Positions 25,504-37,620 are shown, counted from the first letter of the stretch. The stretch is 64,000 nt of DNA from Octopus sinensis (GCF_006345805.1 NC_043001.1:34286001-34350000), one strand, 5' to 3'. Numbers and translations: made by a program. Notes: generated by a model from the letters alone, not told the origin.

Positions 25504-27027
25504 TATATACATACACGACGGGCTTCTTTCAGTTTCCGTGTACCAAATCCACTCACAAGGCTTTGGTCGGCCTGAGGTTACAGTAGAAAGCATTTTCCCA
25601 AGGTGCTACGCAGTGGGGCTGAACCCGAAACCATGTGGTTGGTAAGCAAGCTACGTACCACACAGCCACTCCTACACCTGTGTGTACCAGTATGAACCTG
25701 GTTTACATTTATTTTAACAGACATTAAACTACTATTTCAGCGAGATTCAGCTGGTATTTCTTGCAGGCTGAGCGAACACGCAAGACGCCAGCGGTGAGGA
25801 TGGTAATGATGATGGTGATAAACGTGTTAATGGCTGTGGTGATGGCCACGGTTGTAGTGAGGGTGAGAATAATTGTGACATTGGTGACATTAGCTGTTCT
25901 TTTCATGAAGGCAAAGGGCGGGGTGGTTGTTATATTGACAGCGAGTGTGATGGTGGTGGTGGTGGTGTCGGTGGTAGTGGTGATGGTGGTGGTAGTGGTG
26001 ATAGTAGTAGTGGTTGTGGTGGTGGTGTTGGTGGTAGGGGAAGTGTTGTGGTGTTAATGTCTGTTGTTTATGACAGTAATCTTTGCGATCGTTAGAGCTA
26101 TGGCGGTGGTGATGATGATGATGATGATGTTAATGGTGGTGGTTATAGTGGTGATAGTAGTGGTCCTTGTGTTGATGGTGGCGCTAGTGGTGGTGGTGGT
26201 GGGTCTATTGTTGGTGGTTCTGGTGTTGATGGCTCTGGTGTTGGTGGCTGTGGTGGTGGTGGATGTGGTGTTGGTGGCAGTGGTGTTGGTGGCTGTAGTG
26301 GTGGTGGTTCTGGTGGGGGTGACGCTGGTGGCGGTGGAGCTGGTAGTAGTGTTGTCGGTGGTGGTCACGGTCGGGGTGGTGTTAGCGGCGGCGTTGATGG
26401 ATGTGTTTGTTTCAGTGTAATTACCATGACTGTATTGTTGATGACTAGGGGAGTTGGTTATGGTGGTGGAAGTGGTGGTGGTGGTGGTGGGTGAAGTGGC
26501 GGTGGTTGTGCTGGTGGTAGTACTTGGTGGTAGTGCTTAATATAATGATAGCGGATAAAGGATGGTGATTTGGTGATGACTCCGCGGTGGTGGTGGTGGT
26601 GGTGGCGATATCAATATTGGTATTGATGTAGTCACCGATAGCAGAAGTGGTGGCGGTGTAGTGTTAGTGATCGTAGTGCTGGTGGTGGTGGTGTTGATGA
26701 TAGTAAAAATAACAATGGCGGCTCTATTGATGATTGAGATCATATTTAATGCTTTTGTTGTTGGTGTTTAGTTCTCGATCAGCTTTGATGGAGCTGACAT
26801 ATGATCAAGGCATCCCACCCATGACCACCTCGTTTATAATACAGAAATAATATGGCTTTGTGGTTCAGAAGCTCACTTTGCTACCACGTGATTTCGGATT
26901 GATCACAACTGCTCGGCACATTGGGCAAGTGACTTTAATTATAACTTCCAGTTGAATTTGGTCGATCAAAACTGTGTAGAAGCCCGCCAAAAATACATAA
27001 CACACACATCACACACACACACCACAC

Positions 27028-27072
<45 letters not shown>

Positions 27073-27129
27073 ATTACAACAACATACATACATACAAACA
27101 TACAAACACACAGAATTATATATATCATG

Positions 27130-27340
27130 TGATTACGTGACTCACCAAACTGTCAAGTGGTGTTACACATCGCTGGTCACAATGCGCCTTTGCATTGTTT
27201 TAGCCTTCAAATGACGTCACCTCGCTTGTTAGGCGAGCCGGCCAACATTCTCTTCCCCCACCCTGATTGAATCAAGGAGTGAAACCCACGATCTAGCGAT
27301 CGGGAGTTGCGACAGCCTAACCACTAGGCCACGCGCCTTC
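27130..27340 (-). mobile_element. tRNA-derived SINE (C-type head, other 3' module)
   Basis: Reverse complement of gaaggcgcgtggcctagtggttaggctgtcgcaactcccgatcgc. Confidence 0.7.
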
Positions 27341-27354
27341 AACACACACACACA

Positions 27355-27454
27355 NNNNNNNNNNNNNNNNNNNNNNNNNNNNNNNNNNNNNNNNNNNNNN
27401 NNNNNNNNNNNNNNNNNNNNNNNNNNNNNNNNNNNNNNNNNNNNNNNNNNNNNN
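27355..27454. other. Assembly gap (100 N)
   Basis: Direct. Confidence 1.
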
Positions 27455-27524
27455 AGCAAGTTATTTAGTGTGACATTGCCGATACTGCCTAACTCATAGG
27501 GTTTCGCGAATATGACTGCTGATA

Positions 27525-28215
27525 TGGCGCATGGCTCAGTGGTTAGAGCGTCGGGCTCACAATTACGTGGTAGTGAGTTCGATTCCCGGACCGGGCTGTG
27601 TGTTATTTTCTTGAGCAAGATATTTTATTTATCCTCTCCTATGCCCCAGTTCACTCAGCCGTAGAAATGAGCTGCAACATCACTAGTGCCAAGCTGTACC
27701 GGCCTTTGCCTTTCCCTTGGATAACATCGGTGGCACGGAGAAGGGTGGTTGGTATGCATGGCCCATGCATACCAACCACCAGGCTAGTACTGGTCTTCAT
27801 GCCAACCACCAGGCTAGTACTGGTCTTCATACCAACCACCAGGTTAGTACTGGTCTTCATATCAACCACCAGGCTAGTACTGGTCTTCATACCAACCACC
27901 AGGCTAGTACTGGTCTTCATACCAACCACCAGGCTAGTACTGGTCTTCATACCAACCACCAGGCTAGTACTGGTCTTCATACCAACCACCAGGCTAGTAC
28001 TGGTCTTCATACCAACCACCAGGCTAGTACTGGTCTTCATACCAACCACCAGGCTAGTACTGGTCTTCATACCAACCACCAGGCTAGTACTGGTCTTCAT
28101 ACCAACCACCAGGCTAGTACTGGTCTTCCATAAACGTCCTTGCTCAGAACGTGCTTTGGAGGGTAACTTTCTATGTGTAATCCCATGGTCATTCGTGACC
28201 GATGGGGATCTTTAG
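27525..28215 (+). mobile_element. SINE family C, 3' module 3, carrying an internal minisatellite
   Basis: ggcgcatggctcagtggttagagcg...gttcgattcccggacc head; module 3 matches 42060-42305. Confidence 0.88.
27769..28128. repeat. 30-bp minisatellite, 12 near-identical units
   Basis: ataccaaccaccaggctagtactggtcttc x12 = 360 bp, with three single-base variants. Confidence 0.98.
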
Positions 28216-28601
28216 CTTATATGCACAATATAGGGCAGGCGTGACTGTGTAGTAAAACGCTTGCTTTCCAACCAGATGGTTCTAGGTTCAATTCCATTGC
28301 GTGGAACCGTGGGCACGTGTAGAGTCATTAATAAGGAGACTACAGAACCGGCACCCAAAATAAACTTTCAACTTTATATCTATTATCATTGGAGAAGAAT
28401 AATATATACGAATTCTCTTGGATCAAAGTATCACTGGACTAAGATTATCGAAGAAAGAATTTGGTTTCATTTGTCATACGCTACAGATGAATAGTATCGC
28501 TAAGACAACAAAATCAGCCGGATATGTTTTAAAGAGTGAATGAATAATTCCATAAAGAGTAAGAAAGGAACAGAACCTCAGTTAATGAATATACATTTAC
28601 G

Positions 28602-28633
<32 letters not shown>

Positions 28634-28734
28634 TGTATGTATGTATGTATGTATGTATGTATGTATGTATATACATATACATATATACATATATATGTGC
28701 ATACATACATATATGTGCATATGTGTGTGTGTGT

Positions 28735-28989
28735 GGAGGCGTAAAAGCCCAGTGGTTAGAGCAGCGGACTCGCGGTCGGAGGATCGCGGTTTCGATTCCC
28801 AGACCGGGCGTTGTGTGTGTTTATTGAGCGAAAACACATAAAACGCTCCACGAGGCTCCGGCAGAGGGGTAGTGGCGACCGCTTTCGCCGCAACTTTATC
28901 TCACTCTTTCTTCCTGTTTCTTGAGTAACGCTGGGGGGAACACATACGCCATACAAACCGAGAACCCGGGCCTTGGCTTGAAAAGGGCG

Positions 28990-28990
<1 letters not shown>
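28735..28990 (+). mobile_element. SINE family C variant ending in (TAA)n
   Basis: ggaggcgtaaaagcccagtggttagagcagcggactcgcggtc...gtttcgattcccagacc; module-1-like end. Confidence 0.8.
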
Positions 28991-29050
<60 letters not shown>

Positions 29051-29062
29051 TAATATATATAT

Positions 29063-29455
29063 AGGCGTAGGAGTGGCTGTTGGTAAGTAGCTTGTTTACC
29101 AACCACATGGTTCCGGGTTCAGTCCCACTGCGTGGCATCTTGGGCAAGTGTCTTCTACTATAGCCTCGTGCCGTCCAAAGCCTTGTGAGTGGATTTGGTA
29201 GACGGAAACTGGAAGAAGCCCGTCGTATATATGTATATGTATATGCGTGTGTGTGTTTGTTCCCCCTAGCATTGCTTGACAACCGATGCTGGTGTGTTTA
29301 TGTCCCCGTTACTTAGCGGTTCGGCAAAAGAGACCGATAGAATAAGTACTGGGCTTACAAAAGAATAAGTCCCGGGGTCGAGTTGCTCGACTAAAGGCGG
29401 TGCTCCAGCATGGCCGCAGTCAAATGACTGAAACATGTAAAAGAGAGAAAAAGAT
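29063..29455 (+). mobile_element. SINE family B, full length
   Basis: Near-consensus head, central microsatellite and tail. Confidence 0.92.
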
Positions 29456-29477
29456 ATATATATATATATATATATAT

Positions 29478-29728
29478 AAATTATTACATTATATAAAAGG
29501 GCTTAGTAAAATAAATTACTTTGCCGCATACTGAACTCATTAGAAATAGCAGCTAAAAAACATTTATAAAACTATTTCTAGTTGAATTGAGCAAACACTA
29601 TATGAGAGAGGTTTTCTTTAAGTATTAGAAATAGTTTTATAAATGTTTTTCAGCTGCTATTTCTAATGAGTTCAGTATGCGGCAAAGTAATTTATTTTAC
29701 TAAGCCCTTTTATATAATGTAATAATTT
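29478..29728. repeat. Long inverted repeat: 103-bp arms, 45-bp spacer (PLE-like fold-back)
   Basis: 29478-29580 is the reverse complement of 29626-29728 with one mismatch; abuts (TA)n. Confidence 0.9.
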
Positions 29729-29807
29729 GAATTCGCTTAAATGGTCCCTTTGCATACTGAACACTTGGTGAAATTGATTAATTAATTAATTTTACCCTCA
29801 ATTGTTG

Positions 29808-29849
<42 letters not shown>

Positions 29850-30170
29850 ACATATATGTACGCATACATACCCAATACACACGCACACACACACATACAC
29901 ACACACACACACACGCTAATACACACTCACCTTTTCTTTAGAACTTGGCCACGGAGCAGGTGGTCAGTAAAGATAACTCTAAAACTCTAATCAGAAAACT
30001 AAAAAAAACATACATACATACAGAAATTCTTGTATGCATACATGTATGTAGATACATACAAACATACATACATACATACATACATACATACAAGTATCCA
30101 AACACACACATATATATATATTATATATATATATATAATATATATTATACAACACATATATATATATAAT

Positions 30171-30252
<82 letters not shown>

Positions 30253-30611
30253 TACACATATTATATATGTGTGTGTGTGTATGTATATCTAGTGTGAGAT
30301 GCCAAATAGTTTGAAAGTAAAATATTTAGTTTTCCTCGTCTCTCATCTTTCAAACACATCAGTTCCCTTTCCTTATCATGCTGAGTTTTCTTTTCAAAAA
30401 GCCTACGCGGTCTGTCTCTGTCTATCCGTCTATCACTAAGGCCGTCCGTCTAAGCACTTGCCTTACTGTCTGTCTGACTGCTTGTCTTTCTGTCTGTCAC
30501 TCCGTCTCTTCATCCAATATGTCGAATTTTACTAAGTTTCAAGATAATCCAGGATTTATCTGGAGGCGGGCGGAAAAGCTGAGTGATACTTCACACATGT
30601 AGTATATTCTG

Positions 30612-31000
30612 GTATGTATGTATGTATGTATGATGATGTATGTATGTATGTATGTATGCATGTATGTATGTATGTATGCATGTATGTATGTATGTATGCG
30701 TGCATGTATGTATGTATGATGTATGTATGTATGTATGTGTGCATGTATGCATGTATGTATGTATGTATGTATGTGTGCATGTACGTATGCATGTGTGCAT
30801 ACATGTATGTATGTATGTATGTATGTATGTATGTATGTATGTATGTATGTATGTATGTATGTACGTATGTATGTGTGTGTGTATGTATGTATGTATGTAT
30901 GTGTGTGTATGTATGTATGTTGTATGTATGTATGTATGTATGTATGTATGTATGAATGCGTGCGTGTATGTATGTATGTATGTATATATGTATGTATGAA
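30612..31000. repeat. (TATG)n degenerate satellite
   Basis: Direct. Confidence 0.93.
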
Positions 31001-31035
31001 TGTATGTGTGTATGTTATGTATTTACGCACGTTTG

Positions 31036-31079
<44 letters not shown>

Positions 31080-31081
<2 letters not shown>

Positions 31082-31540
31082 GGCGCAGGAGTGGCTGTGT
31101 AGTAAGTAGCTTGCTTAGCAACCACATGGTTCTGGGTTCAGTCCCACTGCGTGGCACCTTGGGCAAGTGTCGTCTTCTATAGCCTCGGGCCGACCAAAGC
31201 CTTGTGAGTGGATTTGGTAGACGGAAACTGAAAGAAGCCCGTCTTATAAATGTATATGTATATATATATATATATATGTATATGTATATATGTGTGTGTG
31301 TGTGTGGTGTGTGTGTGTGTGTGTGTCTGTGTTTGTCTCCCCCCTCCAACACCGGTTGATAACCGATGCTGATGTGTTTACGTCCCCGTAACTTAGCGGT
31401 TGCGGAGAAGGGACCGATAGAATAAGTACTAGGCTTACAAAGAATAAGTCCTGGGGTCGATTTCCTCGACTAAAGGCGATGCTCCAGCATGGCCGCAGTC
31501 AATGACTGAAACAAATAAAAGAGTAAATAGAGTAAAGAGT
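31080..31540 (+). mobile_element. SINE family B, full length
   Basis: Head, central (TA)/(TG) and tail. Confidence 0.92.
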
Positions 31541-31543
31541 ATG

Positions 31544-31576
<33 letters not shown>

Positions 31577-31614
31577 ATTATATATTATATATATAATATT
31601 ATATATATATATAT

Positions 31615-32310
31615 ATTACGGAGATGTACTCGCATAGCAAGTAATTTGATCTGAGATCGTGTGCTGAAACGAAAACAATTGCAGCGTGGAAGGTGTTTAT
31701 AAGCCATTTAAGAAACACACAAAAGCCGTTCGATTCACTTCAACATTTAAGTTTAATTTACATACATACGCACAATAGTAAAACAAAAGTTCTGTGATAT
31801 AGAGATAAATATCTGATAATAGGTTTCAGGGCATAGTTTTGGGAGTAAGGGTCGTAAATCACTTCCAGGCTTCGGCCGGGGGAAGTTGAAATTTGATATT
31901 ATTGTGATGAGTGGTCACTCTACATCTATCCATCGCTACAGGTTTATAGCTTTATGCTTATAGTGTGTATGTGCGTGCATATACACACACATACATACAT
32001 ACATACATACATACATACATACATACATACATACATACATACATACATACATGCATACACAGGCGTATGTACGTACATGCATACGTACATACATACACAC
32101 ATGTATGCATACATACACACATACATACGTACATATATATGACGAACTAACTGTTACTTTCTCAGATGCAGCACGGATTTTTGTCAGTGAACAGGTCGCG
32201 GATTTTAGCGACGAAAATATTTTGACAAAATAAACTTAAATGTTGAAGTGAATCGAACGGCTTTTGTGTGTTTCTTAAATGGCTTAAAAACCTTCCACGC
32301 TGCAATTGTT
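31615..32310. mobile_element. Inverted pair of PLE-like termini (31615-31760 and 32165-32310)
   Basis: gcagcgtggaaggtg...cacttcaacatttaagttta and its reverse complement lie ~470 bp apart; both match 25300-25503. Confidence 0.7.
32179..32230 (+). ncRNA. Variant type I hammerhead ribozyme (predicted; G3-C8, extra nucleotide after A9)
   Basis: ttttgtca GTGAACA g gtcgc-ggatttta-gcgac GAA aatatt T tgacaaaa: 8-bp stem I, 5-bp stem II, palindromic AATATT stem III. Confidence 0.55.
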
Positions 32311-32339
32311 ATATATATATTATAATATATATATAATAA

Positions 32340-32410
32340 ATGGCGGTGCCCCAGCATGGCCACAGCTCATGAGCTGAAACTGGAATCAATCAATCAATCA
32401 ATCAATCATA
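32340..32410 (+). mobile_element. Extreme 3' end of the CR1-group LINE followed by (CAAT)n
   Basis: ggcggtgccccagcatggccacagctcatgagctgaaactgg matches 52930-52970. Confidence 0.7.
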
Positions 32411-32413
32411 TAT

Positions 32414-32463
<50 letters not shown>

Positions 32464-32465
32464 TA

Positions 32466-32658
32466 TATAAATAATTTACAAGATAAGGGCAAAAGAAAAA
32501 TTCTAATACCAAATATGCCGTTATTACTGATTTTTAGAAATTTCTATCGGTGTTGTTTCGAGACGCATAAATTATAATGGTTATTGACATTTTTTGACTT
32601 TTTTCGGCATATTTGGCATTAGAATTTTTCTTTGCCCTTATCTTGTAAATTATTTATA
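32466..32658. repeat. Inverted repeat: ~55-bp arms, ~84-bp spacer (PLE-like fold-back)
   Basis: 32466-32520 versus 32605-32658; abuts (TA)n. Confidence 0.85.
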
Positions 32659-32743
32659 AATTTAATCTTTAAATGTATTTTTTGATATGCTGGCCATTGA
32701 TAAATTTTTTTTCCGAAAAAAATTTTACCCTACATTAGTTATA

Positions 32744-32786
<43 letters not shown>

Positions 32787-33394
32787 GGTGTGTGTGTACA
32801 TGTGTGTAGGAATGTGTGAATATGTATATATACTGACGCATTGTATTTGTATATAAGCGTGCGTGCATCCATTGGTATCTGTGTATATGCCATTCTGTAG
32901 CACTGATCCATGCTCACATACACTCACTCACTCACTCACTCACTCACTCACTCTCTTACTCGCTCACTCACTCCCTCACTCACTCAGACACATGTATTGG
33001 TTGCATGAATGTATGCATATGCTTGCGTGTGTATATGTATGGATGTGTATCTGTGTATTAGTACGTAAGATATTTCAAGCATTGCTCTTCGTCGGAAAGG
33101 AGAAAGGGAAATCGCCAACAGAACGTGTATAGTTACATTATACATAATACACCCCACACACACATATAGGGGCCCAAAAGTAGGTTTACAATTATTCAAC
33201 TATTTCTTTCACCTTCATATGTTAACAGTTTAGATCTTAATTTTAGAAAAATATGAAACCATTATTCCATGTTAATTTAGTTAATTGTAAGATAGAAATT
33301 TATATGTAATAAAATGTTTTATAAGAAAATAGTAGAAATGTTATTGAATAGTGAGAGAGGAGGGGTCAAAGTGTGACACAGTGACACACAGAAT

Positions 33395-33755
33395 TCGTTT
33401 TGGCATTTATATATATGTTGAGACCCCCTTCAGTCATGGTTGACCATGGGATTGCACCTAGAAAGTTACCCTCCAAGGCACAAGGAGGCAATGATGTTTA
33501 TGGAAGACCAGCAGTCGCCCATGTTATTTGTATAGAAGTGTTATTTGTATATAAATGTTATCCAAGGGAAAGGCAAAGGCCGACACAGCTTGATACCTGT
33601 GACGTCGCAACTCATTTCAACAGCTGAGTGAACTGGAGCAACGTGAAATAAAGTGTCTTGCTCAAGAGCAAAACATGCAGCCCGGTCCGGATTCGAACTC
33701 ACAACCACACGATCGTAAGCTCGACGCTCTAATCACTGAGCCATGCGCCTTCACA
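33395..33755 (-). mobile_element. SINE family C, 3' module 3
   Basis: Reverse complement of gaaggcgcatggctcagtgattagagcg head and module 3. Confidence 0.85.
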
Positions 33756-33757
33756 CA

Positions 33758-33834
<77 letters not shown>

Positions 33835-33939
33835 CGCGTTATAGAAGCACAAAGTTTTTGAAATCAAAAAATACTGTAACGTGGAATTCCGTAACGCAAA
33901 ATTTATTTTCACGTTGAAATTCATGTTATACACCAAGTA

Positions 33940-34240
33940 TTCTATCGATTTCTTTTGCCGAATCGCAAAGTTACGGTGACATAAACGCACTAACACAAGC
34001 TAACAAGAAGTGGTGGGGACAAAATATAGACTCAAAGGTACACACAAACACATACGCACACATATTCATACACATGTGACGAGCTTCGTTTCAATATCAG
34101 TTTCCCAAATCCACTCACAAGGCTTTAGTCAGCCCGAGGCCATAGTAGAAGACATTTGCCCATTGTTCCATGCAGCAAGACTGAACTCAGAACCACGTTA
34201 AGAAGCTAGCTTATAACCACAGAGCTACGCCGGCGCCACA
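33940..34240 (-). mobile_element. SINE family B, diverged
   Basis: ccaaatccactcacaaggctt...gcccgaggccatagtagaagacatttgccc. Confidence 0.75.
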
Positions 34241-34284
34241 TTGGAGGAGAAATACAATAAGGAATAAATAAGAATCGCGAAAGA

Positions 34285-34480
34285 CACTATCTTCTGTCTT
34301 GCGGTTCATCATCCTCAATATCGAAGAGAGAGACGAAGAACTTATCCAAGAGTGTTTCACGGTTATAGTACATCATCTCTTTCTGCAGCTCAGTGTAGGA
34401 ACAAATTTCATTGCAAATCTCACTTGTGATTTTTATGCTATATTCACAATTAGGGTTGTTATGAAACAAAAATTTGCGGA
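34285..34480 (-). pseudogene. Possible pogo/Tigger transposase C-terminal relic
   Basis: NPNCEYSIKITSEICNEICSYTELQKEMMYYNRETLLDKFF resembles the Tigger C-terminus pattern (DPN..R..K...I...I.CY.E......TLD.FF). Recognised from memory of the pattern, not by search. Confidence 0.4.
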
Positions 34481-34499
34481 CCTTCCTCTATAAGCATGG

Positions 34500-34875
34500 G
34501 TGGAGGCGCAATGGCCCAGTGGTTAGGGCAACGGACTCGCGGTCATAGGGTCGCGGTTTCGATTCCCAGACCGGGCGTTGTGAGTGTTTATTGAGCGAAA
34601 ACACCTAAAGCTCCACGAGGCTCCGGCAGGGGATGGTGGTGAACCCTGCTGTACTCTTCACCACAACTTTCTCTCACTCTACTTCCTGTTTTGTTGTACC
34701 TGTATTTCAAAGGGCCGGCCTTGTCACTCCCTGTGTCACGCTGAATATCCCCGAGAACACGTTAAGGGTACACGTGTCTGTGGAGTGCTCAGCCACTTAC
34801 ACGTTAATTTCACGAGCAGGCTGTTCCGTTGATCGGATCAACCGGAACCCTCGTCGTCGTAACAGACGGAGTGCT
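34500..34875 (+). mobile_element. SINE family C variant head with 3' module 2
   Basis: ggaggcgcaatggcccagtggttagggc...gtttcgattcccagacc; ends ...gtcgtcgtaacagacggagtg. Confidence 0.88.
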
Positions 34876-35232
34876 TCCATCCCATAAGCAGGGACGGTTT
34901 TAAACCAGTTAGATAGATTTATTAAAATAGGGCCCCGTGCCAAGAGAGGGCCCCTCACACACCCTCGTGCTGAGGACACTATGATGCATTTTTGATATAC
35001 CATTATGGCGAATGGTGGAGCTTCAAGTTCTCAACGCTTTTTGACTGGGATTGGTGTACAACACGAAGCATAAAATATCAATTTCCAGATTTTGTAGAGT
35101 AGAGGGCCCCACTAACAAATCTCTAATTGAACTCCGCACTTCCTATTGCCGACCCTGCTACAGGTGCTATAACTGTCTACTTATTAGCAATATTCTTTGC
35201 AGTCGTTCAATCAAAATGGAGTTGGTGATAGG

Positions 35233-35385
35233 TTTCTTTATTGGCCACGCAGGGCTGAACACAGAAGGGACAAAATATAAAGTAGAGCTTTTCCTTTTGG
35301 GAGGAAGAAGAGAAGAAAAATAAAAGTCGGTCGAATTCCGATCAAAAGGGATCGTGAAAATAAAAAGTGGTGGGGGGGGGGCCGA
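35233..35385 (-). mobile_element. Tail-only retro-insertion (3' end ending ...gccctgcgtggccaataaagaaa)
   Basis: Matches 44695-44852 and 45025-45193. Confidence 0.75.
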
Positions 35386-35401
35386 TCAATAGGGATAGTG
35401 A

Positions 35402-35440
<39 letters not shown>

Positions 35441-35668
35441 TATATTATATATATATATATATATATATACATATATCATCGCTTGATAACCGGAGTTAGT
35501 TTGTTTATGTACCACGTAACTAAGCGACTGATAGAATAAGTAGCGTGCTTAAAAAAAAAGACTGGTGGCGATTATTTCGACTAGAGCTCTTCAAGGCAGT
35601 ACTCCAGTATGGCCGCAATCCAATGGTTGAAACGAGTAAAAAAATAAATGGTACGTATGTATTTATGC

Positions 35669-35720
<52 letters not shown>

Positions 35721-35958
35721 ACACACACACACACGCTCACACACTATACCGATCAGTCTGCATGTCTGAATGTGTGTGTGTGTGTCTCTGTGTGTATGTG
35801 TGGGTATGTGTGTGTGTGGATGTGTGTGTATATGTGTTTATTGGTATGTGTGTGTGAATGTGTGTGTATGGGTGTGCATGTGTGTGTACGTGTGTGTGTG
35901 TGTGTGTGCATGTATGTGTGTATGTGTGAGAGTGTATGTGTGTGTACGTGTGTGTGTG

Positions 35959-35991
<33 letters not shown>

Positions 35992-36374
35992 TACATTTGT
36001 GTTTGTAACTGTGTGATGCGTGTATGTACTCGTCAGAATCCGATAGTGTTGACACCAACAGGGAGTACCCGCTGAGTGAAACTAGATATGTATTATACAA
36101 CCATCATGAGCGCCATCGCTACTCTGTCGCACCGATGCACACTCTTCGATTTGTTTACACCATACAACCGAGACATCGTCCGTTTGTTTACCACAGAACT
36201 AAGTCACCAACGATTTGTTTACCGCATAACCAAGTCTTCTCTTGTTTGCTGAAAGAAATCAACTGACTCATACGGTATACTGTTATAAGAGATGTTCGGG
36301 ATCTGTCTAATATAACGAAGTTACCAAGTATAGAGTAAGTTAGTCAACACCAACAACTCCATGTTTATTTTGTT

Positions 36375-36424
36375 TTGCCATTCAAGGCTATCTGTCTGTC
36401 TGCCTGCCTGTCTGCCTGCCTGCC

Positions 36425-36460
<36 letters not shown>

Positions 36461-36516
36461 GTCTGTCTGCCTGCCTGCTAGCCTACCTGCCTGCCTGTCT
36501 GCCTGCCTGCCTGTCA

Positions 36517-36564
<48 letters not shown>

Positions 36565-36582
36565 GTCTGTCTGTCTGTTTGT

Positions 36583-36615
<33 letters not shown>

Positions 36616-36655
36616 ATCATCATCATCATCATCATCATCATCGTCATCATCATCA

Positions 36656-36704
<49 letters not shown>

Positions 36705-36725
36705 CATCATCATCATCATCATCTT
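36375..36725. repeat. Compound (TGTC/TGCC)(TATC)(CAT)(TAT) microsatellite
   Basis: Direct. Confidence 0.92.
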
Positions 36726-36744
36726 CTGTTTTTTCTTGTATCTT

Positions 36745-37620
36745 CTCGAATGTTTATAATTTGTTTGGCATTCCTCCGCCACTTTCTGCAAGGTTAGTTC
36801 AACATCTTGATTCAACTTTGATAATATTTTTTTTATTAATTTCTGCGACTCCCATTACCACAAACCCTTAAACGAATATTAGACACTTGAACATGTCTGG
36901 CGTTAATTCTCTAAGCTTAAATGTTTCACAAGCCTTATTAACAATACCGGCATATGCTACAAATTCGTTGGACTCATTCTTCTTTAAATTTAAACATTCC
37001 CACCGAATGTTGAACAGCGAAATTTTTCGCTAAAAATATTAGTCAAAATATTTACCGTTTCATCAAAACCCAGTTCCGCAGGCTTTCTCGGAAAAATAAA
37101 GTTTGTAAAACTTTCGTGTTCTGGAGGGGCAAGTTTTCGCAAAAGGTGCCTCACCTTCCTTTCACTAGACCTCCCTTGCATTCCTCTCTGAATATGTACT
37201 CGTGTCGTCTATAATACGCTGTAAAGGTAGTTCCTTCATCCGGTTTGTGTTGAAATTCTTCGATGGAATTTGCAACACCGTCCGCTGAAAATGATTCTGT
37301 CGTATTTCTCGACTACAGTAACAAATCTGTTAACTTCTATAGTTGTTGCTGCTCTTGTTGTTTTACGACTGGTTTCAGTTACTCTTCCATTTTGGTACTA
37401 TTTTCAGTTTCAATATTGTTCGAATCCTCGGCACTGTTCGAACCATCGATGCCACAGTTGTATCAGTGGCGATATTGTCCGAATCCTCGTCGCCATTGTT
37501 GTATCGCACATTCGACGTACGATATAACGGGATAATAAATAACATCCTCCCAAATCCTTTTACTCAAGATGCACAATACTTGTAACTACACTCGACAATA
37601 CGCAACTCTCAGTATTACAC
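36745..37620 (-). mobile_element. Ty3/Gypsy LTR retrotransposon relic: partial 5' LTR, PBS and decayed gag
   Basis: LTR end ...gatacaaca (37497), then PBS tggcgacgagga (37484-37495). ATG at 37390. Gag-like segments FSADGVANSIEEF, KVRHLLRKL, FDETVNILTNIF, FKCLIFV, LTLQKVAEECQ. Confidence 0.8.

Larger units (their letters stand above)
24580..25680 (-). mobile_element. SINE family B split at its central microsatellite (tail 24580-24780, head 25505-25680)
   Basis: The two halves are co-oriented on the minus strand and enclose a plus-strand B copy and a PLE-like terminus. Confidence 0.75.
21280..26760. repeat. Large trinucleotide low-complexity field (GAT, AAT, GGT, GCT, CAA) with internal block duplications
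   Basis: Direct. Examples: a (GGT)(GAT)(AAT) block at ~22512 and ~22682, and a repeated gataaagaggaggagggggaacaggatgatg motif at 24.0-24.4 kb. Confidence 0.9.

Noticed and set aside
22057-26420. Long poly-M/I/D/N/V/T ORFs (mucin- or prion-like)
   Set aside because: Trinucleotide microsatellite field open in several frames on both strands and interrupted by SINEs.
27769-28128. CRISPR-like array
   Set aside because: Contiguous identical units with no unique spacers, in a eukaryotic SINE context.
27598-28215. 205-aa ORF with PTTRLVLVFI x12, and overlapping ORFs
   Set aside because: Produced by the stop-free 30-bp minisatellite inside a SINE.
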